This document shows, piece after piece, positions 15,317 to 24,000 of a DNA stretch of 24,000 nucleotides. The DNA lies in the NCBI RefSeq assembly GCF_006516965.1, contig NZ_VHLH01000013.1:29722-53721 (forward strand), read 5' to 3'. The notes beneath the pieces were generated by a model. It was not told the origin of the DNA, ran no database searches, and saw only the letters and a list, made by a program, of their open reading frames with translations. The translations under genes and the position numbers were made by a program. The stretch is from Pararhizobium mangrovi (GTDB taxonomy: Bacteria; Pseudomonadota; Alphaproteobacteria; Rhizobiales; Rhizobiaceae). Numbering within the stretch: the stretch's first letter is position 1; the number at the start of each line of letters is the position of its first letter.

Positions 15317-17791
15317 TTAACGTCCAAGGATGAGAGAGTTCGGTTTGCGCTCGATGGTCCGGGCAAGGCGCTCGACCGCCTTCGCCGCGTCCTGGATCTG
15401 GCGGATCGCCGCCCTGGTGTCGCGCGTGAAGGGAGAGTCTCCGGAATAGGCCGACAGCGTGTTGCCGGCCTGCTTGGCCACCGCGCGCAGGCTATCGGCG
15501 AGCTCCGGCAATGTCGAGGAGACCTTGGCGATCTGGTCCGCCGCATCGCGCGCGGAAGCGAGCGTCCGGTTGGCGTTTTCGACGAGGCCGCCCTTTTGAA
15601 GCTGCGCCAGGATCTCGCGCAGCGAGGTCAGCGACTTGTTGAGCTCGTCCGGAAGCTGCCGCGTGGAATCCTGGTCGAGCACGCGGTTCGCCGAGGCCAG
15701 CAGCCCGGAAGCCTGCTGCGTGAGCTTGTCGAGGGGCACGTTACCGGCATTCTTGACGATGCCACGCGCCTCGTCGACGAGCTGCGGCAGGCCGTTCGCC
15801 GCATCCGCGACGTTGTTGACGGCGGACGTCACCTTGCCGACGACGTCACGCTGCTCGAGATCGGTGGCGAGCCTGTCGATCGTGTCCGCGGTATTCTGCA
15901 GCCGTGCGATCAGCGCGTTCGCCTTGTCGGGCAATTGCTGCACGTCCTGATTTTCCGTCACCGTGCGCACCGAGGTGAGGATGCGGCGCAACTCCTGCGG
16001 TACGGCCTTGACGTCGTCGCTGGCGACGAGCGTATCCGTCTGGTTCAGCAGTGCCTGCCCGGCTGCGAGAAGGTCGTTGACGTTCTGCGAGATGTCGCCG
16101 AGCGGCACGGCCCGCGCCTTGGCGAGCACGCCGCGAAGGTCGGCGATGAGGTCCGGCAGCTTCTCCGTCGCGGCATTGGCGTTCTCGATCGTCCGGGTCA
16201 GCTTGCCGACGGTCTTTTCCTGCTGCAGCTGCGCGACGACCTGGTTCAGCGTCGCGCTCGTCCTTCGAAGCTCGCTCAACAGCCCGTTGACCTGTTCGGG
16301 CAGCTTCTGGACGCCGTCGCTTTCGGCAACCGTGCGCACGGCGGCGAGAAGGCCGGTAAGCTGTGCCGGCGCCTGTTGCAGGTCCTTGTTGCCGATGAAT
16401 GCCTTCGCATTGTCGAGGAAGCCGATGACGGAATGCATCAGCTCCTCGATCGGCAGGTCGTTCACCCGCTGCAGAACACCCTGCGCGGTGGCGCCGACGT
16501 CGGAAACCTTGGCCGGTGCGGTCGGGATCGTCGGCAGCGGCTCGGCATTCCGGTCGAGCGTTGCGGGGGCGGCGTTCGGGATCTCGACGAGTTCGATCTT
16601 GAGACCGCCGGTAAACAGCGACGCGTTGACGAGCCGGGCACGAAGCCCGCTCTTCACGCGTTCCTGGAGGTAGTCGAGAAAAGCGTCCCGGCCCGTCCCT
16701 TGCGAAAGCCCGAGACGACTCGGGTTCATCTTGACCGAAGCGATCAGATGGACGTGGTTGTTGCCGAAGCGCTTCTGATCGACGAGGCCGTTGATGCTCG
16801 TGACTTCGCCGACGCGCAGACCGCCGAGTTCGACGCCGGCACCGGCGGAAAGCCCGGAGATGTTCTGGTCGAACACCATGGCGACGTTGACGACCTGGTT
16901 TTCCCCTTCGACGAGGAAATCCTGGCGTGCGGCGTCCTCGCTCGGAAACAGCGTGTAGACCGCGCCTTCCTTGAGCGGGGTTCCGCCAGAACCGAGCGTA
17001 TCGAACGTTACGCCGCCAGAGACGAGCGAAGCCAGCGAATTGAAGTTCAGCTTCGCGCCGCCTGCGCCGAGCGAGAAGCTGAAGCCGGAGATGTCCCAGA
17101 AGCGCGTGGACGTCGTCACGTAGTTGGTGTGCGGCTCGTAGATCACGGCGTCCGCGGTGACGCTGCTGCCGTCCTTGGCGACGGTCGAATCGCCGATCGC
17201 CCCGACGTCGACGTTCTTGTAGAGGATCGGCGTGCCGGCCGCCGGCAGTCCGCTCGTCGACTTCAGCTTGAACTTGATGCCTTTCTGGCCGGTCGTCAGC
17301 AGCGGCGGATGGTCGAGCCCCTTGAAGGCGGTCTTCATGCCGCCCGCCGAATTGTCCCAGGTGCCCTGGATGTAGACGCCCGAAAGCACCGTATCGAGGC
17401 CGGATACGCCGCGTGCGCTGACCTGCGGACGCACGACCCAGAAGCGTGCGTCGGAATCGATGTAGGGCGCGAGATCCTTGTCGACGCGGATCGCGACGAC
17501 GACCCGTTGCAGGTCGCTGCTGAAGCGCACGTCCTGAACGGTGCCGACGGGAATGTCGCGATAGCGAAGCTGCGTCTTGTCGGCCTGGATGCCGGCCGCT
17601 TCCGAAAACGAAACCTCGATGACGGGGCCGCGGTCGCTGTAGCTGTGCCAGGCTGCGCCGAGCGCGATCGCAAGCGCGATGACCGGGATCGCCCATATGA
17701 GATAGGCGCTGTCCCAGAAGGACTTGCGCTCCTTGCGGATCGGCACGTCGGACGGCTCGTCGCCGCGGCCCTGCGGGTCGTCCTCGCTCAT
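15317..17791 (-). CDS. pqiB: PqiB-like intermembrane transport protein: N-terminal TM helix, three MCE domains and an unusually long repeat-containing C-terminal region, 824 aa
   Basis: This is track ORF 15317..18247 trimmed to the ATG at complement 17789-17791 (MSEDDPQGRG...), which overlaps the pqiA stop as ATGA. The TM helix is LIWAIPVIALAIALGAAW. MCE-like segments occur three times (e.g. LRYRDIPVGTVQDV, ILYKNVDVGAIGD, VELGGLRVGEVTSI). Residues ~436-790 are alpha-helical-looking tandem repeats. Confidence 0.9.
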   Translation of the reverse strand: MSEDDPQGRGDEPSDVPIRKERKSFWDSAYLIWAIPVIALAIALGAAWHSYSDRGPVIEVSFSEAAGIQADKTQLRYRDIPVGTVQDVRFSSDLQRVVVAIRVDKDLAPYIDSDARFWVVRPQVSARGVSGLDTVLSGVYIQGTWDNSAGGMKTAFKGLDHPPLLTTGQKGIKFKLKSTSGLPAAGTPILYKNVDVGAIGDSTVAKDGSSVTADAVIYEPHTNYVTTSTRFWDISGFSFSLGAGGAKLNFNSLASLVSGGVTFDTLGSGGTPLKEGAVYTLFPSEDAARQDFLVEGENQVVNVAMVFDQNISGLSAGAGVELGGLRVGEVTSINGLVDQKRFGNNHVHLIASVKMNPSRLGLSQGTGRDAFLDYLQERVKSGLRARLVNASLFTGGLKIELVEIPNAAPATLDRNAEPLPTIPTAPAKVSDVGATAQGVLQRVNDLPIEELMHSVIGFLDNAKAFIGNKDLQQAPAQLTGLLAAVRTVAESDGVQKLPEQVNGLLSELRRTSATLNQVVAQLQQEKTVGKLTRTIENANAATEKLPDLIADLRGVLAKARAVPLGDISQNVNDLLAAGQALLNQTDTLVASDDVKAVPQELRRILTSVRTVTENQDVQQLPDKANALIARLQNTADTIDRLATDLEQRDVVGKVTSAVNNVADAANGLPQLVDEARGIVKNAGNVPLDKLTQQASGLLASANRVLDQDSTRQLPDELNKSLTSLREILAQLQKGGLVENANRTLASARDAADQIAKVSSTLPELADSLRAVAKQAGNTLSAYSGDSPFTRDTRAAIRQIQDAAKAVERLARTIERKPNSLILGR

Positions 17792-18429
17792 TCGCCGGCC
17801 AATCGTCGTGCGCGTTCGCCGTCCCACAGAAGCCGGGTATCGAAGGCCTGCGCGGAAAGCATGGTGAAGATGACGGAAAGGGCGAAGGTCAGGGCCGCCG
17901 GTCCGGGACTGATCGACGCGACGCTCGAAAACTGCACCAGAGAACTGAGGATCGCGACCACGAAGACGTCGATCATCGACCAGCGGCCGATGAATTCGAC
18001 GATCTCGTAGAGACGGTGGCGCCGGTTCGCCGAGACCGACGTGCCGCGATGCACCGAGATCGCCAGATAGGCGACGGCAAAGAACTTGCCGATGGGGATC
18101 AGCATGCTGGCGACGAGAATGATGAGCGCGACGCCGATCGCGCCGTGGCGCAGGAGTTCGATCGCGCCGCCGACGATCGTGTTCTTCGAACTGTCGAGCA
18201 GCGTGCGGGTGATCAGCATCGGGTTGAGGTTGGCCGGGATGTAGCACACGAGGCCGGCGATCCAGAACGCCCAGACCTTTTGCAGCGCATGCGTGTCGCG
18301 CGAGCGCAGCCGGCCGCCGCAGCGCGCGCAGCGCTGCACGTCCGCCGGCCAGACATGCATGCAGCGCCGGCAGGCCACGAGCCCGGCCTCGCGTGCCGTC
18401 AGGACTTCATGCGTTCCAGAGATCGCCAT
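17788..18429 (-). CDS. pqiA: PqiA-family inner-membrane protein, half-size (corresponds to the second PqiA repeat), 213 aa
   Basis: This is track ORF 17788..19200 trimmed to the ATG at complement 18427-18429 (MAISGTHEVLTAREAGLVACRRCMHVWPADVQRCARCGG...). It has a Zn-ribbon CxxC...CxxC followed by about four TM helices. An alternative ATG lies at 18438. The Shine-Dalgarno is weak, so translation is probably coupled to the upstream gene. Confidence 0.8.
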   Translation of the reverse strand: MAISGTHEVLTAREAGLVACRRCMHVWPADVQRCARCGGRLRSRDTHALQKVWAFWIAGLVCYIPANLNPMLITRTLLDSSKNTIVGGAIELLRHGAIGVALIILVASMLIPIGKFFAVAYLAISVHRGTSVSANRRHRLYEIVEFIGRWSMIDVFVVAILSSLVQFSSVASISPGPAALTFALSVIFTMLSAQAFDTRLLWDGERARRLAGE

Positions 18430-19058
18430 ACCGACCATGTGCAGAGATAATTGTCGTTGATCAAGACGATGATCACCAGAACGGCGAACATCCAGAAGGC
18501 CGGACCGAAGCCGATCTGCGCCAGATCGGCGACCTTCACGAGTGCCACGGCACAGCCGATCGCGAAGATTTCGGCCATCGCCCAGGGTTTGAGCGCCTGA
18601 GAAAGACGAAACGCCGCCTTGGCATGCGAAAACGGCGCGCGATCGAACACCACCGGCACCAGGACATACATGATGAGCAGCGTTTGCAGGACCGGGATGA
18701 AGACGATCATGCCGCCGGTGACGAGCGAAAGGAACGCCATGATGCCCGAGCGGAACGCCAGCGCCGAATCGAGGATCGACGACTGGTTGGCAAGCCCGTA
18801 GATGCTGATCTTCAGGAACGGAAAGAAGAGGGCCGCGACCAGAAGGATGAGGATCGCCAGCGTCAGCGCGATGATCTTTCGGCCGGCCTTGCGCTTCGGC
18901 GCGATCAGCACCGTGTGGCATCGTCCGCACACGGCGCGTTCGCCGACCGCCGGCTCGCGCAGAGCGTAGAGTGCATCGCAATGGGGGCATGCGATCAGGG
19001 CCTCCGTGGAACGAATGCCGGAAGCTGCTGATGCCTCGACGGTTCGATTCGCGATCAT
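18399..19058 (-). CDS. pqiA: PqiA-family inner-membrane protein, half-size (corresponds to the first PqiA repeat), 219 aa
   Basis: This is track ORF 18399..19166 trimmed to the ATG at complement 19056-19058, with GGAG 4 nt upstream. The N-terminus is MIANRTVEASAASGIRSTEALIACPHCDALYALREPAVGERAVCGRCH, a Zn-ribbon followed by about four TM helices. Confidence 0.8.
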   Translation of the reverse strand: MIANRTVEASAASGIRSTEALIACPHCDALYALREPAVGERAVCGRCHTVLIAPKRKAGRKIIALTLAILILLVAALFFPFLKISIYGLANQSSILDSALAFRSGIMAFLSLVTGGMIVFIPVLQTLLIMYVLVPVVFDRAPFSHAKAAFRLSQALKPWAMAEIFAIGCAVALVKVADLAQIGFGPAFWMFAVLVIIVLINDNYLCTWSVWRSLERMKS

Positions 19059-19278
19059 GAACTCCGATACGACGAGCTGAATGAACGACGGCCGTCCCTG
19101 CGCCGACGACCAGAACACGCTTCGGTAGTACCGCGCAGACAAGCATGCGCCAAGGTGAAGACGCAATCTTTATCGGCGTTCGCCCGCAATCGCGCTTCAA
19201 CTTCTCGCTATGTCGGCCATTCGCACATGCGGGTTTCGCTTCGGTGGCAGCGGTACTCTTCCATCGATCGGCAACGCT

Positions 19279-20289
19279 TCAGCCGGATCGCAGCGTCGTG
19301 TTCCGCTCGATCACCGTCGGCGGAACGCGCACCTTGCGCGTGATGCGTCCGGGCTCCTCGATGGTGGCGACGAGTTCCGAAACGGCTTCCGAAACGAGCA
19401 GATTGATGTGCTGGCGCACGCTCGTCAGGTCGAAACTCGGCCAGGCGGCCTGCGGCACGTCGTCGAAGCCGACGACGGCGACGTCCTGCGGCACGCGAAG
19501 GCGGAACTCGTGGCGGATGACGTCGAGCGCTGCGAACGCCATGTGGTCGTCGGCGACGAAGAGCGCATCCGGACGCTCCTCACGGTCGAAGAGTTCGCGC
19601 GTGGCGTCGGCGGCCTCGGCGTAGTGATAATTGCCGACGGCGCGGCTTTCGACCTGCCGTCCGGCGGCCTCCAGAGCCTGACAGAAGCCGCGCTCGCGAT
19701 CGATCTGCGTCGAGGCGCCCTCGAAGCCGGCCAGATGACCGAAGCAGCGCGGCTCGCCACGAAGCAGGACGCGCGCGGCGAGCCGTCCGCCTTCGACGTT
19801 GTCCGAAGTCACGGATCTGAGCTCCGTGTCCGGCTGGTCGCGGTTGAAGAGAAGCACCGGGATCGAAAGCTGCGCACAGCGCTCGGCGAGCACGGAAGAG
19901 ATCGACACGGAGACCATGACGATGCCGTCGACGCGATAGTCGAGGATCTCCTGCACCACCGGCTCGACGTCGCCGGTCGTGTTCGACGCCATGAAGAGCA
20001 GCACGTGATAGCCGCTTTCCTGGAGCGCGATCGACAACTTCTCGACGGCCTCGGGATAGAAGTGGTTCTCGAAATAGTAGACGACGAGCGCGATGATGCG
20101 GCTGCGCCCGGTGATCAGCGAGCGGGCAAGCACGTTCGGCCGGTAGCCGAGTTCCTCGGAAGCCTTGCGGATCTTGTCGGCCGTCTTCGTGGAGACCGAA
20201 GCGCCGGGCGTGAAGAAGCGCGAGACGGCCGACTGGCTGACGCCGGCCCGGCGCGCCACGTCGACCGATGTCACTGCCTTGGCGATCAC
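19279..20289 (-). CDS. LacI-family transcriptional regulator, 336 aa
   Basis: An N-terminal HTH is present (VTSVDVARRAGVSQSAVSRFFTPGASVSTKTADKIRKASEELGYRPNVLARSL), followed by a periplasmic-binding-protein-like sugar-sensing domain. The start is GTG at 20289; an alternative GTG lies at 20274. Confidence 0.9.
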   Translation of the reverse strand: MIAKAVTSVDVARRAGVSQSAVSRFFTPGASVSTKTADKIRKASEELGYRPNVLARSLITGRSRIIALVVYYFENHFYPEAVEKLSIALQESGYHVLLFMASNTTGDVEPVVQEILDYRVDGIVMVSVSISSVLAERCAQLSIPVLLFNRDQPDTELRSVTSDNVEGGRLAARVLLRGEPRCFGHLAGFEGASTQIDRERGFCQALEAAGRQVESRAVGNYHYAEAADATRELFDREERPDALFVADDHMAFAALDVIRHEFRLRVPQDVAVVGFDDVPQAAWPSFDLTSVRQHINLLVSEAVSELVATIEEPGRITRKVRVPPTVIERNTTLRSG

Positions 20290-20405
20290 GCTTCGCGCCC
20301 CTCGGTTTGGTGGTCGGGCCGATCCCCGGATCCGCCGTTCACGCGCATGGGTGCCGTCCCGATTGCGAAGCGCCGCCGTCGCTCATGCGGCATGGTCGGC
20401 ACGGC

Positions 20406-21464
<1,059 letters not shown>

Positions 21465-21468
21465 TGCG

Positions 21469-22350
21469 CTACCCCTTCACGGCGCCGGCGGTCAGGCCGC
21501 TGACGATCTGGCGTTGGAAGAACATGACGAGCATGAACAGCGGCACCGTCGCCGAGACGACCGCGGCGACCGCATACATGATCGTGCCCTCCGTCTGGAC
21601 GGTGCCAAGGAAGGAATTGATCTTGGGCACCATCGTCTGGTTGTCCTGGTTGAGCAGCATCGCGGTGACGGCAAAGTCATTATAGGAAAGCAGGAAGCTG
21701 AACAGCCCCGTCGTGATGACGCCCGGCCACATGACCGGAATGACCACCCAGCGAAACGCCTGGAACCGCGTGCAGCCATCGACCATGGCGCTCTCGTCGA
21801 GGTCCTTCGGGATGGACATGAAGAAGCTGTGCAGCATCCAGATCGTGAAGGGCTGGTTGATCGCCACGAGCACGACGATCGCCGTCGGCAGCACGCCCCA
21901 TATGTTGAGCTTGAAGAAGGGCAGCAGGTAGCCCGCGACCAGGGTGATGTGGGGCATGGCGCGGAAGACGAGTGCGGCGATCAGGATCCAGAACGTGTAT
22001 CGCCGCGTCGAGCGCGACAGCGCGTAGCCGCCGAGCGTGCCGAAGACGAGCGAGATCGTCGTCACGCAGACGGTGACGATGCCGGTGTTGAGCGCCGCGC
22101 GCCAGAACTCGCGCTGGATCCAGGCACCACGATAGCCGTCGAGGGTGAAGTGGCCGCCGGTCTGCAGCATGGTCGCCGGACCGCTGATCGCGTTCCACCA
22201 GCTCTGCCGGCTGAAGAAGTCCGCCTCGACCTTGAACGAGCCCCACAGCGTCCAGAAGAAGGGAAAGGCGGCGAGCACCAGCCATATCGCAAGAAGCGAT
22301 GTGGCGACGATCGCCTGCGTGGTGTTGCGGCGCATGACGGCGTCGGCCAT
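21469..22350 (-). CDS. Carbohydrate ABC transporter permease (MalG-like), 293 aa
   Basis: This is track ORF 21469..22989 trimmed to the ATG at complement 22348-22350 (MADAVMRRNTTQAIVATSLLAIWLV...). It overlaps the upstream stop by 1 nt (TGATG). The EAA loop is ESAMVDGCTRFQAFRWVVIPVMWPG. Confidence 0.9.
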   Translation of the reverse strand: MADAVMRRNTTQAIVATSLLAIWLVLAAFPFFWTLWGSFKVEADFFSRQSWWNAISGPATMLQTGGHFTLDGYRGAWIQREFWRAALNTGIVTVCVTTISLVFGTLGGYALSRSTRRYTFWILIAALVFRAMPHITLVAGYLLPFFKLNIWGVLPTAIVVLVAINQPFTIWMLHSFFMSIPKDLDESAMVDGCTRFQAFRWVVIPVMWPGVITTGLFSFLLSYNDFAVTAMLLNQDNQTMVPKINSFLGTVQTEGTIMYAVAAVVSATVPLFMLVMFFQRQIVSGLTAGAVKG

Positions 22351-23381
22351 CAGCGTGCCCTCCCCTTGAAGTCCCGCCAGGTCCGCACGAGCACGGGAAG
22401 AAGCAGGATGATGACGCCGATCATGGTCAGCACGGACGTCGCCGAGGCGGACCCGAAGAGCTGGTCGGTCTGCCCGTTCAGGTCGTTGTAGATCGCGAAG
22501 GAGAGCGAGGTCGCGTTCGCCGCCGCGGAGAAGCCGACGATCGGCTCGAACACCCGGAAATTGTCCATCATCAGGATCAGCGCGACGAAGGTCGCCAGAG
22601 GCAGGAGGTGCGGAATGACGACGTTGCGGATGCGCTCCCACCGGCTCGCGCCGTCGATCATCGCGCTTTCGATCGTATCGCGCGGCAGCGTCTGCAGGCC
22701 GGCATAGAAGACGACGAAAGCGAACGGCGTCATGTGCCACACGCCGTAGACGATCAGCGTCACCCAGGTGAGCACCGGCGAAGCCTTCAGCGAAAGTTCG
22801 GGATCGTTGAAGATCAGCTGCAGGGTGGCGCCGATGACGCCGTCCGTGTTGATCATCCAGAAGAGGATGAGCGATCCGAGAAGCGGCGTGATGATGTAGG
22901 GCAGCAGCGACAGGAAGATCACCGGCCCCTTGATCATCCGCGGGATCGCGTTGACGCCGAGCGCCACGAGGAAGCCCGAGACCATGCACAGCGGCGTGAC
23001 CAGGAAGGTATAGACCAGCGTGAAGGACAGCGCTTTGTAGAAGGGCAGGTCGTAGAGCCGGCTGACGATGTCCCCGAAGCCGTGATTGCCGGAGAAGATC
23101 TGTCCGACCTGGGCGATCGCCAGATGCGCGCGGTTGAAATAGGTGCCGAGCCCGTTGAACTTGCCGAGCGGCTCTTCCCGGCGCAGCTTTTCGGTCGCCT
23201 GCGTATCGACGCGGGTTTCCTCCTTGCAGCCGAAGGGGCCGCAGTTCTTCGTCGTCACGAGCACCTGGTCGTGCTCGACGAAGAGCGACTGGACCATGAT
23301 CGAGCCCACCGGGAGAACGATGAACAGGAACATCGCGATCAGCGAAGGCGCGATGAAGGCTGCGAAATCACGATGTCGCAC
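22350..23381 (-). CDS. Carbohydrate ABC transporter permease (MalF-like), 343 aa
   Basis: The start is GTG with GGAGG 7 nt upstream. The EAA loop is ESAMIDGASRWERIRNVVIPHLLP. A long first periplasmic loop carries a Cys pair (KNCGPFGCKEE). Confidence 0.88.
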   Translation of the reverse strand: MRHRDFAAFIAPSLIAMFLFIVLPVGSIMVQSLFVEHDQVLVTTKNCGPFGCKEETRVDTQATEKLRREEPLGKFNGLGTYFNRAHLAIAQVGQIFSGNHGFGDIVSRLYDLPFYKALSFTLVYTFLVTPLCMVSGFLVALGVNAIPRMIKGPVIFLSLLPYIITPLLGSLILFWMINTDGVIGATLQLIFNDPELSLKASPVLTWVTLIVYGVWHMTPFAFVVFYAGLQTLPRDTIESAMIDGASRWERIRNVVIPHLLPLATFVALILMMDNFRVFEPIVGFSAAANATSLSFAIYNDLNGQTDQLFGSASATSVLTMIGVIILLLPVLVRTWRDFKGRAR

Positions 23382-23430
23382 CGAACGCCTCCGCCTGGAT
23401 CGAGAGCTTCACCCCGCGTGGCCGCAACGC

Positions 23431-23453
23431 CGGCTTCCTATTGGAGGAAGCCG
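23431..23453 (-). promoter_or_regulatory. Intercistronic stem-loop straddling the binding-protein stop codon
   Basis: cggcttcct / aggaagccg forms a perfect 9-bp stem with a 5-nt loop. The TAG stop (23438-23440) lies at the stem/loop junction. No U-tract follows. It may act as an mRNA-stability or decay-barrier element of the kind often found after binding-protein genes in ABC operons. Confidence 0.3.
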
Positions 23454-24000
23454 GTTTCCCGCGCGGCGGTCCGATAGGCCGCCGAGACGTCCTTCAGTGC
23501 CTTTTCCGCAGATTCGTTGCCCTGCATGAAGTCGCTCAGCTCGTTGCCGAGCGCGGTATGCATGAGGCCCATATAGGGCGACATCGGGTAAGGCCGCGCG
23601 CCGCCGCTCGCCGTCTTCAGGATGCCCTGAGCCGATTTCGGCGCGTTGAACCCCTTGGCGAGCCAGACGGACGCCTTCGGATGGTCCTCCGCCACCTGAG
23701 GGCGCAGCGCATGCATCATCGCCTGGAACGAAGCTTCGGCGTCCTTGTCGGAAATGTTCTTCGCGATCGCGAAGCCGTCCCACCAGAGCGCGGAGGCCGG
23801 AATGTCGTGACCCTTCAGCGTGGGCGCCGGATCGAGAATGGTGTTCGCCGCGATCTTCGGCGCCGGACCTTTCGGGTCGGTATGCGCCTCAACCATCGAG
23901 CCCCACTGGTTCATGATCGCGACATTGCCCGAAAGATACATGTTCTTCATCTCGTCCGCCGAGACGCTCATGTAGTTCGGCGCCATGTATTGCGTCAGCG
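23438..24000 (-). CDS. Extracellular solute-binding protein (family 1, sugar ABC). Only the C-terminal ~187 codons are present; the gene continues beyond the right edge.
   Basis: The reading frame stays open to position 24000. The track ORF 23438..23986 merely begins at an internal Met. The sequence ...WWDGFAIAKNISDKDAEASFQAMMHAL...ALKDVSAAYRTAARETGFLQ* is typical of the C-terminal lobe of a sugar/polyol binding protein. The gene lies at the head of the permease-permease-ATPase operon. Confidence 0.85.
   Translation of the reverse strand, partial: LTQYMAPNYMSVSADEMKNMYLSGNVAIMNQWGSMVEAHTDPKGPAPKIAANTILDPAPTLKGHDIPASALWWDGFAIAKNISDKDAEASFQAMMHALRPQVAEDHPKASVWLAKGFNAPKSAQGILKTASGGARPYPMSPYMGLMHTALGNELSDFMQGNESAEKALKDVSAAYRTAARETGFLQ

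Noticed and set aside
15164-18010. A 948-aa ORF on the plus strand, the longest uninterrupted ORF in the region. It could be mistaken for a giant novel protein.
   Set aside because: It lies exactly antisense to pqiB and the end of pqiA. Its translation is Arg/Asp/Leu/Val/Gly-rich with no recognisable motifs, whereas the minus-strand frame gives clean TM, MCE and Zn-ribbon features. Long stop-free antisense frames are an expected by-product of GC3-rich coding DNA.
17788-19200. A single 470-aa pqiA ORF as given in the track, or alternatively a frameshifted pqiA pseudogene.
   Set aside because: The N-terminal ~257 codons of the 470-aa ORF are an Arg/Gly/His-rich out-of-frame read across the first pqiA gene. 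Each half-gene has its own ATG, Zn-ribbon, TM block and similar C-terminal tail. I therefore call two intact genes rather than a pseudogene. The indel alternative is kept as a caveat in the findings.
19059-19278. A pqi promoter or operator in the 220-bp gap upstream of the first pqiA, including a direct repeat of gattgcg about 22 nt apart on the minus strand (approximately 19160-19195).
   Set aside because: No convincing -35/-10 pair or SoxS-like box could be recognised by eye. A 7-nt direct repeat is within chance expectation. A promoter is probably here, but I cannot place it.
23226-23243. A Cys pair (CGPFGC) in the long first periplasmic loop of the MalF-like permease, as a possible redox or metal site.
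   Set aside because: This is a single short motif with no supporting context. Extended P1/P2 loops with disulfides occur in various MalF-type permeases. Noted only in the feature evidence.

Overview
High-GC (~65%) alphaproteobacterial, Rhizobiales/Hyphomicrobiales-like chromosomal DNA, densely coding with about 23 real CDS. Many long ORFs in the track are antisense or out-of-frame artefacts of GC-rich DNA. The track also writes alternative start codons (GTG, TTG) as M.

Left to right:
- **1-1076, minus strand:** the 5' part of a class-I pyridine-nucleotide-disulfide oxidoreductase gene and a fumarylacetoacetate-hydrolase-family gene.
- **1373-14652, plus strand:** a consolidated reductive pyrimidine-catabolism operon. 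It encodes dihydropyrimidine dehydrogenase PreT/PreA, a beta-alanine/omega-amino-acid:pyruvate aminotransferase, (methyl)malonate-semialdehyde dehydrogenase, a small cupin, an M20-type beta-ureidopropionase and dihydropyrimidinase. A four-gene NitT/TauT-type ABC importer follows. The operon is interrupted at 8645-9338 by a 179-bp mosaic inverted-repeat element fused to a DUF559 (Vsr-like endonuclease fold) gene.
- **14710-24000, minus strand:** a CUT1-type sugar ABC transporter (binding protein truncated at the right edge, two permeases, ATPase), a LacI-family regulator, then a pqi envelope-spanning lipid-transport cluster (two half-size pqiA genes, a very long pqiB, pqiC).

I saw no rRNA, tRNA, CRISPR array, transposase, integrase, phage gene or recognisable defence gene. 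I cannot claim a wholly new multi-gene system here.

The most unusual items are:
1. the repeat plus DUF559 module inside the operon;
2. the roughly 350-residue triplicated C-terminal extension of PqiB;
3. the naturally split, overlapping pqiA pair;
4. an uncharacterised cupin and an ABC importer embedded in the pyrimidine pathway;
5. a RutR-box-like operator over the operon promoter, with no regulator gene in the window.
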